DNA from: the human T2T-CHM13v2.0 reference genome, Homo sapiens
NCBI RefSeq assembly: GCF_009914755.1
Contig: NC_060931.1
Strand: one strand, 5' to 3'
DNA: 64,000 nucleotides
A model generated the notes under the pieces. It saw nothing but the letters and a program-made list of their open reading frames with translations. It did no database searches and was not told where the DNA came from. Each line of letters opens with the position of its first letter. Positions within the stretch are counted from its first letter, which is position 1. The position numbers and the translations under genes are program-made. This document shows positions 40,151 to 54,884 of this stretch, piece by piece.

Positions 40151-43100
40151 TGATATTATTGTTAAAAGTAGTAGGTGTGGCATAGTGGAAATAACCGGCT
40201 ACATTTAAACCTCTATTGGTGAGACTAAGGACAAAACATTTTTTTGTGGCATGGTTTAAGATGATAGCCACCCTGATCTCTTCTGAGCAAGGATGATGGG
40301 GTGAGAGTCTTTTAGCAAAATAACTCGTTAAGTTACGGTATAACAGGCGATCAGTATAAGCAGGAGGGTTTGTTGTTTTCCAAATGATCTAGTCTGAAGA
40401 ACATAAGGATCCACATTTACCTACCTGCGATGGAGCCAGGAACCTGTCTGTCTGCCCTGGGCTAAGGGCTTGACCCACAGGGTGCACTGGGAGGAGGGAG
40501 TGGGACACTAAGGTAAGGCCCAGGAGAAGCAAAAGGAATAGAAGGGACAGCCGAACCAAGACATGTCCTGATAGGAAAATAAAAGAGAGTTTTGCACCAT
40601 TCTTTGGACTTTGGCTGTGTTCACAAGAGGCTGAGAGAGAGATGATTGTTCTAGTAACAGACTTTATCTCCACACCCTTCCTGATGTTGCCAGCCATTAT
40701 GGGAGGATCACACATATCTTCTGACTCCAGGTGCAATGTCATGTACTTTGTATTCTGCCATGAGGACCCTGGAAGAATTTTCTTATAGCCCCACAAAATT
40801 GTTCTGTGTTGGTAACCACCTATAGGTGGGCCTGGCCCAGCTCTGCATACCGTGCACTGCTGTGACACCTGGAGGCTGTTGGATCTTGGAGCTACCTGGA
40901 ACTAGGAGGCCCTGGCTTCTAGTAAGGCCACTGAGCTGCAACCTAAGGGGTACAGGGAACTTATCACTCAGGAATAGACCAGGGTCATCTGGCCAGGACT
41001 CTGTCAATGGGCACCAATCCCCAAAGCAAGAACAAAGCAACAAGGAGATATGAAAATAACACAAAACAACTGTTTTGTTCTGGGTAACAATAGCCTGGGG
41101 AAAAGGGGAGAATCTTGGTGCGCATGTCATTTGGACTAACTGAGGTATCTTGGAGTATATTGTGCAAACCATCATGTTGTAACAAATTTTTATTGCTTAG
41201 AAAAAAAATTAATGGAAACAAGTTCTCCTTGAGTCAGGGCATAAAAATAATTTTATTCCAGCTTAACATAATGACCCTATTTATATTCAGGAGAGAAGGA
41301 TAAGCAAAAGAGATCGATCATCAGAAAAGACTGGTAATCTATCCCCTCTGTGAATGAGTTTGGCCCCAAGAAGCTGTGAAAAGAAGAGAGAGCCTTAGAA
41401 CTGTGGTCAGGCAGTGTATTTTCTTTTAAGGAAACATAAAAATGTTCTTACTGGAATCCGTGCAGCCACTTATTTGGTGAAGATGACTTATCAGTAATTT
41501 TTTTTTTTTACATAGGGAAAACATTACAGAAATGTAATTCTACTTTTTATGAGGATGAAAATGATTTTTTAAAAAGCACATGAAAAAACAACACAGAAGA
41601 AAATTCCATTTGATAAATGGGTACTAGGCATATACACTGTGCCCAGCAGTGGTGCCATGCTGTGCTGGACACTACAAAGGGTGTCAGAGGCAGGGAAATC
41701 ATGGTCCCTTCAAAGAGGCTTCTGATCTGGTCATGCAAATAAGCCATGTACAGGCAACCAGTAGTGATCTGTAATCATGAATCAGAAATAGCAGTTCCTC
41801 AGTGTGCCCATCCGAGTATCACTTGAGAGGCTGGAAAGACCCTGATTCTTGGACTGTGGCCTTGGCTATTCTGACTTAGCAGGCATGGGGTGGGACTAGG
41901 AATTCCTGTTATGAAGTGCTGCTGTGATGATTCTGGTGCTCGGTTTGGGTGGCTGGACAGATAACGGATTCAGAATAAACTTGGGTTCTGATTCTGGTTC
42001 TATGCACGAGTAACAGTGTGGCCTTGATCATGTTCCTTAATTCCCCTGACTTTCAGCATTTTCTTCTGTATCATGGGAGGGTGTTGCTGCTGGTAAGAAT
42101 AAGGGAGTTGACACAAAGCCCTTCAGTCTCTGTGTTGTTTACAGGTCACTAAAAAATTAAATGAACTTAAATTGTATATTAAAGAGGGTGGCCATTCTGT
42201 AGATATTATTTTGAATGTTTAGGCAACACTAGTAATCTCTTGTCAAAGAACCCCCAAATATGTTCAGAAGAACATATCCCTGTCACTTCCTCCTTCACTC
42301 ATTTTTATTTTCTCTTTATTTCCATCCCATTCCTGTACCTCCGGTCCCACTTGTCTTGACCTCCTCAACTGCACGGAGCTTAGGCTCCAGTTTATGGGGC
42401 TGTTGAGGGCTATTTTGATAGCAGGTTTGAGCAAGCACCTGGGAACTCCGAAGGGTGAGGGACCCGAGGAGATCCCAGGCAAGGGGCTTGCTCTACGTAC
42501 TGCCCCAAGAGAGCCTGAGAAGATCTGGTTGAGAAAAGTAGTGCTGCTCGGGTCTCTGCCTAAGGGAGAGACCCTTAGGCATTAGACTCACCTAGACTCA
42601 CCCCTAATGAGTCTAATTAGACTCATTAGACTCACATTAGACTCACCCCTGCCTGATCCCACCCACATCAATTACATCAGGATCCACCAAGTCCCATCAT
42701 TTTGAGTGGGAACTTCCTGTCTTGAGTCTTCTTCTGAAGACGTTTTCTAGACCCTGTGATAGGAGAAGATTGACATTCCCTTCTGGGGATGGTCAGATGT
42801 CCCTTATTTGATCTAGCCGTATAAGTGACTTAGAAACAACTCTACTCTTCAGATTTAGTGGGATTAAAAATGTAATCAACCAATATTAAAATATTCAATA
42901 ATCAATTGGAACCAATGACAGTCATGCACCATGAACTGAGACAAGTGATTGATTTATTCCTCAGGAGCTGAGGAGCAAAACCAAGTGTTAAAGTGAGCAG
43001 AGATAGGCTGTTATGTAGTATAGTGCAACTCCTAAAACGGCAAAGAATAAAATTTGTCTTAAATTTAGCTGAGTTTTCTGTCTTTGCAAATGAGTCAATT

Positions 43101-44499
43101 TGGACAAAACTTGTGTTACCCTTGAATTTCCCTCACCACTTAAGGGAAATCAAAAGAAGTCACATAATCGGTCAGAAAGAAATTCAAGGAAGCATTTACT
43201 TCTGTTTCATTTCTTCATTTTCTCTTTTTTTTCCCCCTTCAAGATTAGTATTAACATTAACATGGCTGGGAATTCTTCTGTAGACATTTGCTTTTTGGCC
43301 AGCAATGTGGGGAGCAGGATGTGAAGGTGGATAAGAACAGAGACAGCAGCCATGGCATGAAATATAGAGCCCACCTGCAAGGCGGCAGGCAGTGTTTGAA
43401 GTCTTCTTAGATGGAGGCAGGCATGAGATATTTCATGTCTTCCCAAGTGGCTAAAGAACAAATGATCTGTGAGAAATGCAGTCCTGAATTTAGAGAGTCA
43501 TGATCCTAATTCTTCTTCATTTCTTGGCCTCATCTATTCCCTTTTAAATTTTGAAACTTGATTCATTTTTCATGCATGAATTCCCAAAGTAATGAGTTGT
43601 AACAGGCTTATTTCATTAGGAACATTCCTTCTGAATGTGCAGTGCTGCTGCCACAGAGCATTTATTGTTTAATGAACAAATGGAGCAGACCAAACAATTG
43701 AAAACCAGTTAATAATTCAATTAAGGCTTCTCCAATGCTAAAAATGTCTAATTTGTCATTCCCTAAAGTGATTTTCAATATCGCCAGAATCAGACTAAAT
43801 TAGAACTCTACTCTGTGTCCCCTTCTCAAACCTAGCAAACTTCTTTAATATTCATAAGTCAGGGTCAGCTTCTGAATTACTGTAAACTTATGTAGAGGCT
43901 CAAAAACAGTTTTTTATAGACTCAGAAAAACACTGACGAAAGACATGAGGCAGCCTTTGACATTCAGTCTGGGACCTTTTAAAGAAAACTTTCAGTAGAG
44001 ATGCTAGAAAACCCAGGTTCTTTCCATATTACTTGGTAAAAATCACAAAGGAATATTTTATAAATGTTTTCCCACCAACTTGATGCAATTCACTCTTCTT
44101 TTGAGCCTAGAACTTCATTTGAACCTCTTAGATTTTGCCTTGTAATCGTGTATTTGTGTTGTTCCCTTTGTTTGATTCTGGTCTGGGCATCCCCAGCGTG
44201 TTAGTACATTGCTCAATAACGTGAATTTGTTTAATTGAATTAAGCTTGGAAGAGTTTCCAGGCTGTCTGCATTGCCTCTGATTTGCAATTACAGCAAAGT
44301 GGTGTTCACTAATAGGAGAGGAGGGACACCTGGTGGCAGTTGGGTACTTCAAGCGAAGGAGGTCCATTTGAAAGAAAGAAGGAAAGTGAGAGGATAGAGT
44401 ATGTGTGGGATACTGGAGGGAGAGCAAATGGTGGCATCAGACCTAGAACAACTGGGAGCTGCAACTGGAGGAAATGGCCATGAGTAGGCTAAGAGGGCC

Positions 44500-44720
44500 G
44501 TGTAGACAGTGGTGAAAACTGTGGACTTTGGAATTGAAGGACCTGTCTTTGAATCTGGCTCTGCTGCTCACAAGTTGTGTGAGCTTGGCTAAGTTATTTA
44601 CCTTTCCTGGGCCTTGGTCAGCTCCTCGATAAAATGGGAATAACACTTATCTCACAGAGTTGCTGTGATGATCGAACAAAATGATGCCTAGCACTTGGTA
44701 AGCACTGGATTTATGAGAGT
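44500..44720 (+). mobile_element. MIR
   Basis: ttgaatctggctctgct...aaaatgggaataacacttatctcacagagttgctgtga. Confidence 0.7.
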
Positions 44721-45139
44721 GGCTAATCTTTTTATTTGCAGAAAGAAGGGGGAAAGCAGAGTCTGAGGTCCAGACAAGACCTTCTGCTGGCTCTAGAGAG
44801 GGGCTGATGGTTCTTTTGGATTTGAGGAATTTTCCTCAGAAGGGAGCTCTCCAATCCCACTTTTAGGAAGGTCTGCACAAGGTAACCTTATCTTCAGGCC
44901 TCTTCTGGGAAGAATCTTCTCGTGAAGCACTAGGAATTTATTAAGCTCCAGACGCTTTCATCATGTAGACGTGCATCCCTCATGGACCTTATCTCTAAGT
45001 GGGGAAGCAAGGTTACCACACAATGGCAAAATAAGAAAGAAGACATGGTTAAGTGCCCAAATTTATGGCCCAGAAAATAAGAGCTGGAATGGTTCAGGGG
45101 AGGGCAGATATCTCCTTGAGCAGACAATAAGCTAACTGC

Positions 45140-45191
45140 TATCCCAGGAAAGCCCTCAGCCCCATGCAAACTGGGACAGTTGGTCACCCTA
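45140..45191 (-). mobile_element. hAT-Blackjack (MER81/MER94-like) terminal fragment
   Basis: Reverse complement TAGGGTGACCAACTGTCCCAGTTTGC resembles the TIR of this family. Confidence 0.55.
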
Positions 45192-45819
45192 CCTTTAGAG
45201 AGAATAACAGAGCCATCCAGAGAGTTTCTCTGGATGTCTCTACAGAACTGCCTACAACCTCACCCTAACTTTTAGCTTTTCCTCAAGACTCACATCGAGG
45301 TAAACTGCTTGTTTTAAGAACTAACCTCTGTCCTTAATTCAGTCTCCTATTCCTAACCCGGGACCATGTTCTATCTAGTCAATTTGTCCCTTTCCAACTG
45401 CTAAAACATTTCTCAAATCCATCCCTTCCTCCCTATCCCTACTGTCTGTGCTCTACTTAAGCCCATAATTGTGTTTTGTCCACATGATCACAACAGACTT
45501 CCCACCGGTCTCGTAGACTCTGGGTTTGTCTCTTTCGAGTCCTCATTCCACAAGGCCATTAGAATAACCTTCTTAAAAATGTAAATCTATACCCTCCCTA
45601 GTAAAAAATCTTTAATAGTTCCCAAATCCTGCTTTGTAGGTTCTTTATAGCATGCTATTTCCACGATGTCTTTGTTCAGAGAGTCCCTTCTCTTTGGGAT
45701 ATTCTTTCTAATCCCTTCATTTCAACATCCCTCCTGCATGTATCCAGTCTTCTCAAACAGACCCTCTAAAATGTTTTTGGTTTTGCTTCCTCAAGGAGTC
45801 CTACCCTAATATTTTCAGG

Positions 45820-46020
45820 CACCAGATGGACTTTGGAGTCAGGTGAACTGGATTAGAATCTCAGTTCTGATTCTTAAAAGCTGTGTGGCCTGGGAAGGAA
45901 ACTTAACCTCTTTCTCAGTTCCTTCCTCTCTGAAAATGAGGGTGATAACATTGACCCTATAGTGGTTGAAAGGAGATCACGTGTTTGTGAAACACTTAGC
46001 ATAACTCCTGGTTCACAGTC
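45820..46020 (+). mobile_element. MIR
   Basis: gactttggagtcagg...cttaacctctttctcagttccttcctctctgaaaatgaggg. Confidence 0.65.
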
Positions 46021-46619
46021 AGCATTCCACTGGGCTGTAACCACCACGAGGGTAGAGACCATGTCTCTCTTTTTCATCCTTGAAACCTTAGTGCCTAGCA
46101 GTGTCTGGCAGACAGAAGGCTTTTTGAATAAATGAGTAAAGAAACAGTAGCTTTTAGGAATGTATTTATATACATATGTATTTCCTACAGTTTCCTCCTT
46201 ATTAAAATTGCTTGGGGATAAGAAACCTCTAATTTTCCTAGGCTTTCTCTTATTTGCAAATGCATCTGTTTACTCCTCAAAGGTGGATTGTGGATTCTTC
46301 ATGAAGAAGAATGATTTAACCTGGAAAGATTAGAGATGTCAGTTGACCAGGGAAAGCTTTTCTTAACTTATAGTGACCTTTGTGGAGGAATCCATTGCTT
46401 AGTGGACTCTGATGATGCAGCTCGTCCAGTCAAGGTCCACTCTCCTTGACTTTGCAGCTGCTGTCCTGGGGAAGGATGATGAGGGGGAGCTCAGTCAGCA
46501 GGTGAGACAGAAAGGGGGTCTTGCAGGAAAAGGAGGTGAATAGATTGTCCTTGTTCTTGCTTTACTCTCTACTCAAATTTGTCTGGTTTTTGTTTGTTTT
46601 GTTTTGTTTTCAGATGTAG

Positions 46620-46964
<345 letters not shown>

Positions 46965-46975
46965 TGAATTTAGTG

Positions 46976-47139
46976 CAGGATCAGCTATGTGATTTGTGGA
47001 GCCCAGTGCAAAATGAAAATGCAGTGCAGGCCCCGTGTTTATAAATTCTTAATAATTTCAAGATGGCAATAGCAGAATATTAAACCAAGCACAGTGTCCT
47101 CTGCAACTGCACAGGCTGACAACCGAAGAAACTGCTCTA
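46976..47139 (-). mobile_element. MER45A-like (hAT-Tip100)
   Basis: gcccagtgcaaaatgaaaatgc...aatttcaagatggcaatagcagaatattaaaccaagc. Confidence 0.75.
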
Positions 47140-47367
47140 GTTTAGAGATTTGACAGACAAGAAAGTCTGTGTGTTCCTGACATTTTCTGCAGTGTTCAGC
47201 TCAATTCCTGACTTACGAAGTTTAGAAAAAGAAATACCCAGCCAGTAAGTCCTCTCTTCTTCATAAAGCTCTGCTATGTTCCCTGTGATTTACACCGTCT
47301 TGGTCTTTTGGTTTGTTTTGCCCAAGACCCTGAACGTCTTTGCATTATGGTTTCTCCAGGTTTAATT

Positions 47368-47672
47368 CTTTTTTTGTTGTTGTTTTTTTTTGAGACGGGG
47401 TCTTGACCTGTCACCCAGGCTGGAGTGAAATGGTGCTATCATAGCTCACTGAAACCTTGACCTCCTGGGCTCAAGTAATCCTTCTGCCTCAACCTCCCAA
47501 GTAGCTGAGACTACAGGTGTGTGACACCATTCCTGAATAATTTTTTAAAAGTTTTTTTGTAGGAATGGGGTCTTGCTTTGTTGCCCAGGCTGGTCTCAAA
47601 CTCCGGGGCTCAAGTGATCCTCCCGCCTCAGCGTCCTAAAGTGCTGGGATTACAGGTGTGAGCCATTGCGCC
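47368..47672 (-). mobile_element. AluJ SINE
   Basis: Full degenerate dimer. Confidence 0.9.
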
Positions 47673-47789
47673 ACTGGGCTGTGCCACCACTCCGGGTTTA
47701 GTTTTTTTGTCTGCCTGCTCTCATCCTTTTTGTTAGAAATTTGAATGTGCACTACATTCTTTCATTCCTACATTCTTTCTTCTTTGCAT

Positions 47790-47930
47790 TTGTTGTCCTT
47801 TAAACAGATTTTCCATCTTTAATTCATTTACATTTTTTTTAAACTGTCCTTCTACGGTCATTTTAGTTTTCTCTGGATGCCTTCCAATTTTCATTTTTTC
47901 CTCAGCAAATAAAGTGTTTAAAATGGAGTG
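47790..47930 (-). mobile_element. Possible CR1/L3 LINE remnant
   Basis: Minus-strand translation KIGRHPEKTKM..NELKMENLF loosely resembles the CR1 ORF2 C-terminal LE.VQRRATKM...L..LNLF motif. Confidence 0.35.
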
Positions 47931-49421
47931 TGGTGATCTAGGAGCCATGGATGTGAAGGCAGAGCTTAGGCTGCCTTGATCTTAGGAGACCCAGCTTATA
48001 ACTGGATGGTTCGCTAACCCCCCAGCAACTGTTATGCTCTAAATTAGACCCACTCTTTTCTCATGGTTGGCTTCTGACCCAGTATACTTGGCATTTCCTT
48101 TTTCAAGCTTTTCCTACATCCATTTTGTATCAGCTTCCTAGGTGTAGTTTTACTTCCAATTATTTTAGCACTCACCTTTAGTTGAATCTTGATTGATTTT
48201 TGACTATTTATTTTCTTTGGCTCCATACCAACTTATTCTTTGGTCTTAATTTTTGACCTAAGAAAAGAAAGTCCACCCATATTGGGTCAGATATTTAGCC
48301 CAGGATTCTGCTTTTGGCAGTCAAGGATATTTTATGGATGAATATGGTGGTTTTCCATAGTTCATCTGAGTGATTAGAAATTAAAAACACATCATGGATC
48401 TATAGCATATGATATTAAATTCTTCCTCATAGCTGTTTATTTCTGTATTTTATTATAATTTTTGGCTTTCTGACTTCCCTCTCTTTCCCTTCTCTTCTCT
48501 ATTGCCTCAGTCTGTAATTTCTAAAGCAGGTTTTGTGCCTTCAAGACTATTGCCTGGGATTGGGTAATCAAACTAAACAAAGCATTGGAAAATCTATATC
48601 TATAAAGAAACAGAATTGTTGTTTATTCCTTGTAAAAAAAAAAAAAAGCAAACTCAAAATCTACTAAAAGAATGGGAGTTGCTTCACAGACCTGTTGGAA
48701 GAGAAAAGACATCATTTCTGAGTTTGAATGACTGCCATAGATAGGTATGGATATGAATTTATCATGCTTAATATGAAAGGACAATTAAAACTGTGCCTGA
48801 TGTCACCCATTTGTGTCTAGATCTTAATGTTCTCAACACTAAATGAACATAAAAATGGAAAAAGTCCTAACAATGATCTTCAGTTCAAATATACTGTTTA
48901 TCTGGAAATGGTAACATTGCTGAAGTTTTTGGTACTGAAATTTACATTTTTTTCATTGATTAAAGATGTTTGAACAGCTCATTCTCTTAAAAGTAAGTTT
49001 TAAAAGTGATCTACATATGTAGTTAATGGCTAACAGCTAATGTATTCTAAATTCTAAAGTGGATTTAGAATAAAGAGCAGAGAGTTTTTCCACTAGGTGG
49101 TAGGATTTTGCCATGGTCATGTCTCGAAATGTTGCGAGGAGGAAAAGTAACTTAAGAAGAGTAAAATTAAGATAGAAAGTGACTGTAATAACACCACACA
49201 TTGATCAAATAGATTTTCTTTCTTGGCACAAACACAGAAATTTACTCCTAATGTATTCTTGAAGTAGGCCTAAAATAAGTTCAAGGATTTTTAATTTTCG
49301 GGAAAAAACTGGGCATTAAAAGAACATTTTTAGAGACTTAGTTTGTATTTTATATCCTTTTATACTTGTTGGATTTTCTTTTATCATGTACAAGCTCTGC
49401 CAATTCAAAAAATCAGTCTGA

Positions 49422-49796
<375 letters not shown>

Positions 49797-50719
49797 TTTT
49801 TTTTTTTTTTTTAATTAACAACTTCTTTTTTATGTTAGTGCCTTTGTGGCAAAAAAAATCTTGGAACTGAAGAGAGGAAAATCTCAAAAGGTATTCTTTA
49901 TTGTCAAAACAATTTATTGAATTTCTAGTTGCTTCTAAGGACATTTGTATTCCAATGCTCAGCCTTCCTTGTTGATTTAAATGTGATTGTGTTGCTAGTA
50001 ATACTTATTTTACATATCATAAAACACGCTTTGATTCATTTGCCCTAGTTCTAACCAGGAAATAAGATTAGAAAATATTCCTTGTTCTTTAGGTTTTTAC
50101 TTTGACTATGGAATTAAAGTGTTTACATTTCCATCTAGTTTCTCTGAGTAAAATCTTGACTCCTATGCTAAATTCCTTTAATTTTTCCTTATCCAGTAAA
50201 TGAATCTTCCTGATCCTTTTCTTATTCCCCTGTGTGACACCCTGGCCCTTTTCCCTACATCTTTTGAGCTCCACAAAGGCCTCTGTTGAAAAGAAGATTT
50301 AGCTGTAGCCTCAATAGATTTGGGTCAGACTCTATGATTAATATTTAATTTCAGCCCTTAGATAAAGGTCGGCCAGACGTTGTTTCTCTCTCTGAGTCCC
50401 TTTGTGTCTAAACTCATAGTGTAATTTGCCGTGTAGAGCCATAGCCCTGACCTTGTAACCTTTCTGCTATCTGGGTCTTTCTTCGAGTGCACAGCTTGTC
50501 TTCCTTTCATGAAAATTTCACAAATTGAAACCTGATTTTGTAGAGGAACTGGGCTTAGGCTCTTGTTAACCCTCACGCTGACCCGGGGTGCTTTCCTGCA
50601 TGAAGATGACACACCCGTTCTACAGGGTGCATGTTCTGGGCTGCTTTCTCCTGTTGTGGCAATGCTTTTGGCAATCCTTCTAATGCTCCTGTGGCACTCC
50701 CTTACTGATAATTTGCTAG

Positions 50720-52060
50720 GTAACTATTATTTATTGCCTATTTTGTGCCAGGCCCTGTGCAGAGTGCTGGGGATATATAGGTACATAAGGTAAATGTGGT
50801 CTCTGCCTTTACAGGCTTCATATCTAGTGTGAGGTAGAGATGAGCAAGGCGGCAATGATAATTCAGTGTGGAAATTTAGGATGGGAAAAGTACAGGATGC
50901 TCTGGGAATCCAGAGAAAGGGAGTCTAATCCAGGCCTGGGTGGTAAGAGAAAGCATATCAGTTACTAGTGCTAGGCAACAAATTTCCCCAGAGCTTAGTG
51001 GCATAAAACCACCAATTTATTACACTTACAGTATTTGTGGGTCAGGAATTTGGGATGGGGATAGTGGGGCAGTTCTTCTGTTCTATGCCACCTGGGACCT
51101 CATCCAGGAAGACTGGAATGGCCGGGGGCTGGCATCATGGGAGGTGTCTTCCTTCACATATTTGGCCCCTGGGCAGGACCCACACATGAGATCTGGATTT
51201 CCTCACAACCTGACAGGCTTGGAATGGTTGGATTCCTTACATGGGAGGCTCACAGCTCCAAAGAGCATGTGGAATGAGAGATATTGTTATGGCCATCTTT
51301 TGAAAGCCCAATATGTACAGAATATTTCCCAGAAGAATTGAACATTCAGCAGACCTAACGAATGTGTAGATATTAGCTGGGCAAAGAGGAGGGAATAGTG
51401 TTTCAGGTAGAAAGAATAGAATGAATAAGAACCTGGAGTTAAGAAATAAAGTGTAGTGAATTTGAGGAACTGGATGAAGTTCGGAATAACTGGGGCATCA
51501 TCAAGTAGGAGGAGGAAGTGGTGCCTGATCAGGCTGGACAGGCAGGTGTTGATGGTGTGCGGGAGGCCGGTCCCACGGGACAGTGGGAAATTATTAAAAG
51601 TCTTTAAGGGAGAATAACAAAGTAGTATTTGTGCTTTAAAAAAATTACTCTGGTTACACTGTGGAGAATTAGAAGGGCTAAGAGGTGAGGCAGTAAGACC
51701 AGCAGGCAGGAAGTTGAAAGCCAGAAGATCAGCTAGCAGAAAGTTATAAGCCAGTGGTCAGATGGTGATGACCTCTTGGAGCAGGAGGACTGGGAACAGA
51801 GAAGATATTTAGAGGCTCAACTGGGCTTGGTGATAATTAGAAATGCGGGTGAGGGAGAGGGAAGAGTCACACATGGTTCTCAGTTTTCTGGCTTGGGCCG
51901 CTGGGTAGATAAGAGTGCTGTTCACTGAGATGGGGGAATACTGAAAAGAAGCAGGCTTTGTGGGTGAGGAAGTTGATAAATTCCAATTTGAGGTTGAGCA
52001 AATTCTGACACAGACAGCAAATGTCCAGTGGGCAGTTGAATATATGGGTCTAAAGTTTCC
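50720..52060. mobile_element. L2 fragments interrupted by an MLT1 (MaLR) LTR at ~50958-51320
   Basis: L2-like gcctattttgtgccaggccctgtgc; MLT1-like cttagtggcataaaac...gtgggtcaggaatttggg. Confidence 0.55.
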
Positions 52061-52335
52061 AATCTGTGTTTTGAATCCATGCTTGACCTGATAACTCATA
52101 TGTGAAACTGGTATTATGAGGAAGTATAAACTCGACCAGCCAGCACGGACCCAGCCAAGTTCTGTCTTGGTTAAATTTCACTGTGGTAAATTTTCTTTTC
52201 CTGATTTTCTAATATCACAGAAATAATACATACTTCTATTAAGTTTTAGGATCAAATAGCAAATTTGAATTACATGTTTCACTTGCCAAGTGGTCTTGGC
52301 TGGACACATAACTAATTGATTAACTTAAAAGAAAT

Positions 52336-52436
52336 TAGCCAGGCATCGTGGCTCACGCTTGCAATCCCAGCACTTGGGAGGCCGAGGCGGGAGGATTGCT
52401 TTAGGCCAGGAGTTTGAGAGCAGCCTGGGCAACATG
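52336..52436 (+). mobile_element. Alu left-arm fragment
   Basis: gccaggcatcgtggctcacgc...cagcctgggcaacat. Confidence 0.8.
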
Positions 52437-52439
52437 AGG

Positions 52440-52926
52440 GGATGTCAGTGGGGCTGCAGGGATGTGGAGATGCAGGGACTATTAGGCAGTATTCAGTCTG
52501 ATGGGGCCTGGGCTCTCAAAATGGTGCCATGCTGCAGCTGTTTAGCACTAAGGTATGTGGGATTCAGTGTGAGCTCCCTTTCTGGAGCACTGCTACCGTG
52601 TGGCCTCTAGAGAGCTTCCTATGCTAGTCTCAGGGACCCAAGAATTGAGGGGCTCTCCTGTAGTTAAGATTGCTGGAGTTCGTGGTGGGAATTTGGACTG
52701 TTGGGGATGTCTCACTTACTCTTTCCCTGCACTGGGGAGCGTTTCTGGGATCCCAGCTGGCCACCTCACTTCCCTCTCCTTTTATGCCTCTGGTGTTTCC
52801 TGTCACTTCTCTGTTTAATTTCAGTGTTCTTTTAGATGTTCTATTTGCAGTGTGATTATCTACTTGCTATTTTGGTTGTTCTTTGTGGAAGAAGCGAGTG
52901 CTGGATGCTTTTCATTAGCCATTTTA
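52440..52926 (-). mobile_element. Old L1 5'-end fragment (L1PB/L1MA-type)
   Basis: ctctcaaaatggtgccatgctgcagctg...gattatctacttgctattttgg...tagccatttt, resembling an antisense L1 5' terminus. Confidence 0.6.
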
Positions 52927-54884
52927 AAAGCCCTTGGGTAAGGTTAATTCTCCCCTACACAGTGGGTTTAGGGGCAGGGTTAATGAAGAAAAAGTCAAAA
53001 GTAACTTGGTGACTTAAAGTCTGGGTGATTGAGAGAAGAGAGGTGCTGTTGTCAGAAATGAAGCCAAGAAGTAGATCTGAGTTGGAAGATAGGAGGACAA
53101 GAAGATGGGAGGATGATCATAGATCTAGTTTTTGAGTTGAGATGATGATCTACTATCCCGAATGCTTGCTGATCTCAGAATGGCAGTGGTGGTGGAGGAG
53201 GCAAACCTGCACAGGTGGCATGGGTGGTGGTGAGGCCAGTGGCAGAGGCGGGAGGGGCAGCCAGGGTTAAACAGGTTCCTGAAAAGAGAGAGTGGATGGA
53301 GTTTCCAGAGCATCAGGAACCACCACTTACCCTGCCTGGCAAGTCTTGGATTAGGAAAACAACCTCTGAACAGCCTACTTCCCACTACCAGGCTCTTTTG
53401 GGAAACCTACTTTTCATAGGTGACAAGGCTGTCACCCTGTTGGGGTCATTTCTTCATGCTATAAGAAAGTCTTATTTACCATGCCGATGTTAATAATTTT
53501 CTAAGCAATAAAATCAATATCATCATTGAGGTTTATTTCACTCAGGGTATTTTTGTCCCTATTTCAATTTATAATCTTTTCTATCTCAGTGGTATCTGCC
53601 AGACAATTCAGTCTTTATCTGTATCCACAGAAGACATATCTCAGACTGGCTTCACCCAGTAACTTCCAAATGCTCATTTTCCTAGAAGACCCATAAAATT
53701 TTCTGTTTGTAATAGCCTGTACTTAACTCTAGTCTAAATTTACCTTTAGTTTATTTTTGTAAAGATGCTTTGGGTATTAACAGAGCTAAGATGCCTCTCC
53801 AGGGTATGCTTCTGTATTCCGTGTTTCTCTCTACCAAGCAAAATTTCCCAAGACCTTGAGCCCTCTTGTCTATCTAGTCAGTGAATTGCCATTGCTTTTG
53901 CCCATAGTCTTCCTGATGATGGCAGCAAAACTGTAAATTAAGAGCCAAAGCCAGTGATACAAATGGAACTCTGCAAAGCTCCAAGCAGAGGTTCCAGAAG
54001 CCAGAAAAACAAACATGCATGAGCTCTCAGGGAGATAGCATGATGGGCTGAGTCATGAGATAAGGGGCCTCTGTTCCCCCTCTTCTTGCTGGGGCCTGGA
54101 GGAAACAATGCACCCAGTATTTCATTCTCCTGAAAGATGGCAAATTACTCCCATTGTTGAATGTCTACCTTCCTTGCAGGCACGGGCTGGCCAAGTGTCT
54201 CCTGGAGTGGGGAAAGGAGATGAGCCCCCTAAATGGCCTGTTTCTTGAAACTTCCCATATCCTTGTAAGAGTCTTATATGGAGGGAGAAACCTATTGAGA
54301 AGGGGTATTGGAAAATCAAGCATAGCCCTCTGATGGGTGATGATTAACTGTGCTGTTAATCTTGGCTGGCAGCTTGGTCAAATTCCCTCCCCAGGATTGG
54401 CTGTTTTTTTCCCGTGTTACACTAGTCAGTCTCTCTCTTGCACGCTATCTTTAGGCAATTGGCCACTGTTAACATCCATGCTCTGTGCTCTACCAAGTGC
54501 CACCGGCTTTCCTCAACTCTTCTCTGAGAAGTACCTGAATGGTAACTGAATTGGTAACGGTGTGTCTGTGTCACAAGGCCTTGACTACAACAGAGATGTG
54601 GCTATATCTGGCCCATGGGGGTCAGTGACAACTCCCCTTCCTGCATTTATTTGCTTTTACTTGTATAACAAGGTGCCCTGATAGGGTACTTTCCCTGAGC
54701 CTTTTGCTTGCTTTTGAGAGAAACTGACAGCTGTACGCTTAGTAAGTAGAGTCACATGGGACTAGATCTTTAATTGAAGAGTTAGAGGAGTTGAGTTGTT
54801 CCTTTTAATGTGTTACTATAAGGCATCAGAGTGCCTGCCCTGGACAAAGGGGTAAGGGGACTTTATGTCTGACTTGGAAGAGCC

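Noticed and set aside
40389-41303. Cluster of longer ORFs (159 aa, 130 aa) on both strands
   Set aside because: No recognisable domain, splice structure or codon signal; the region may be an old LTR-like remnant that I cannot classify.
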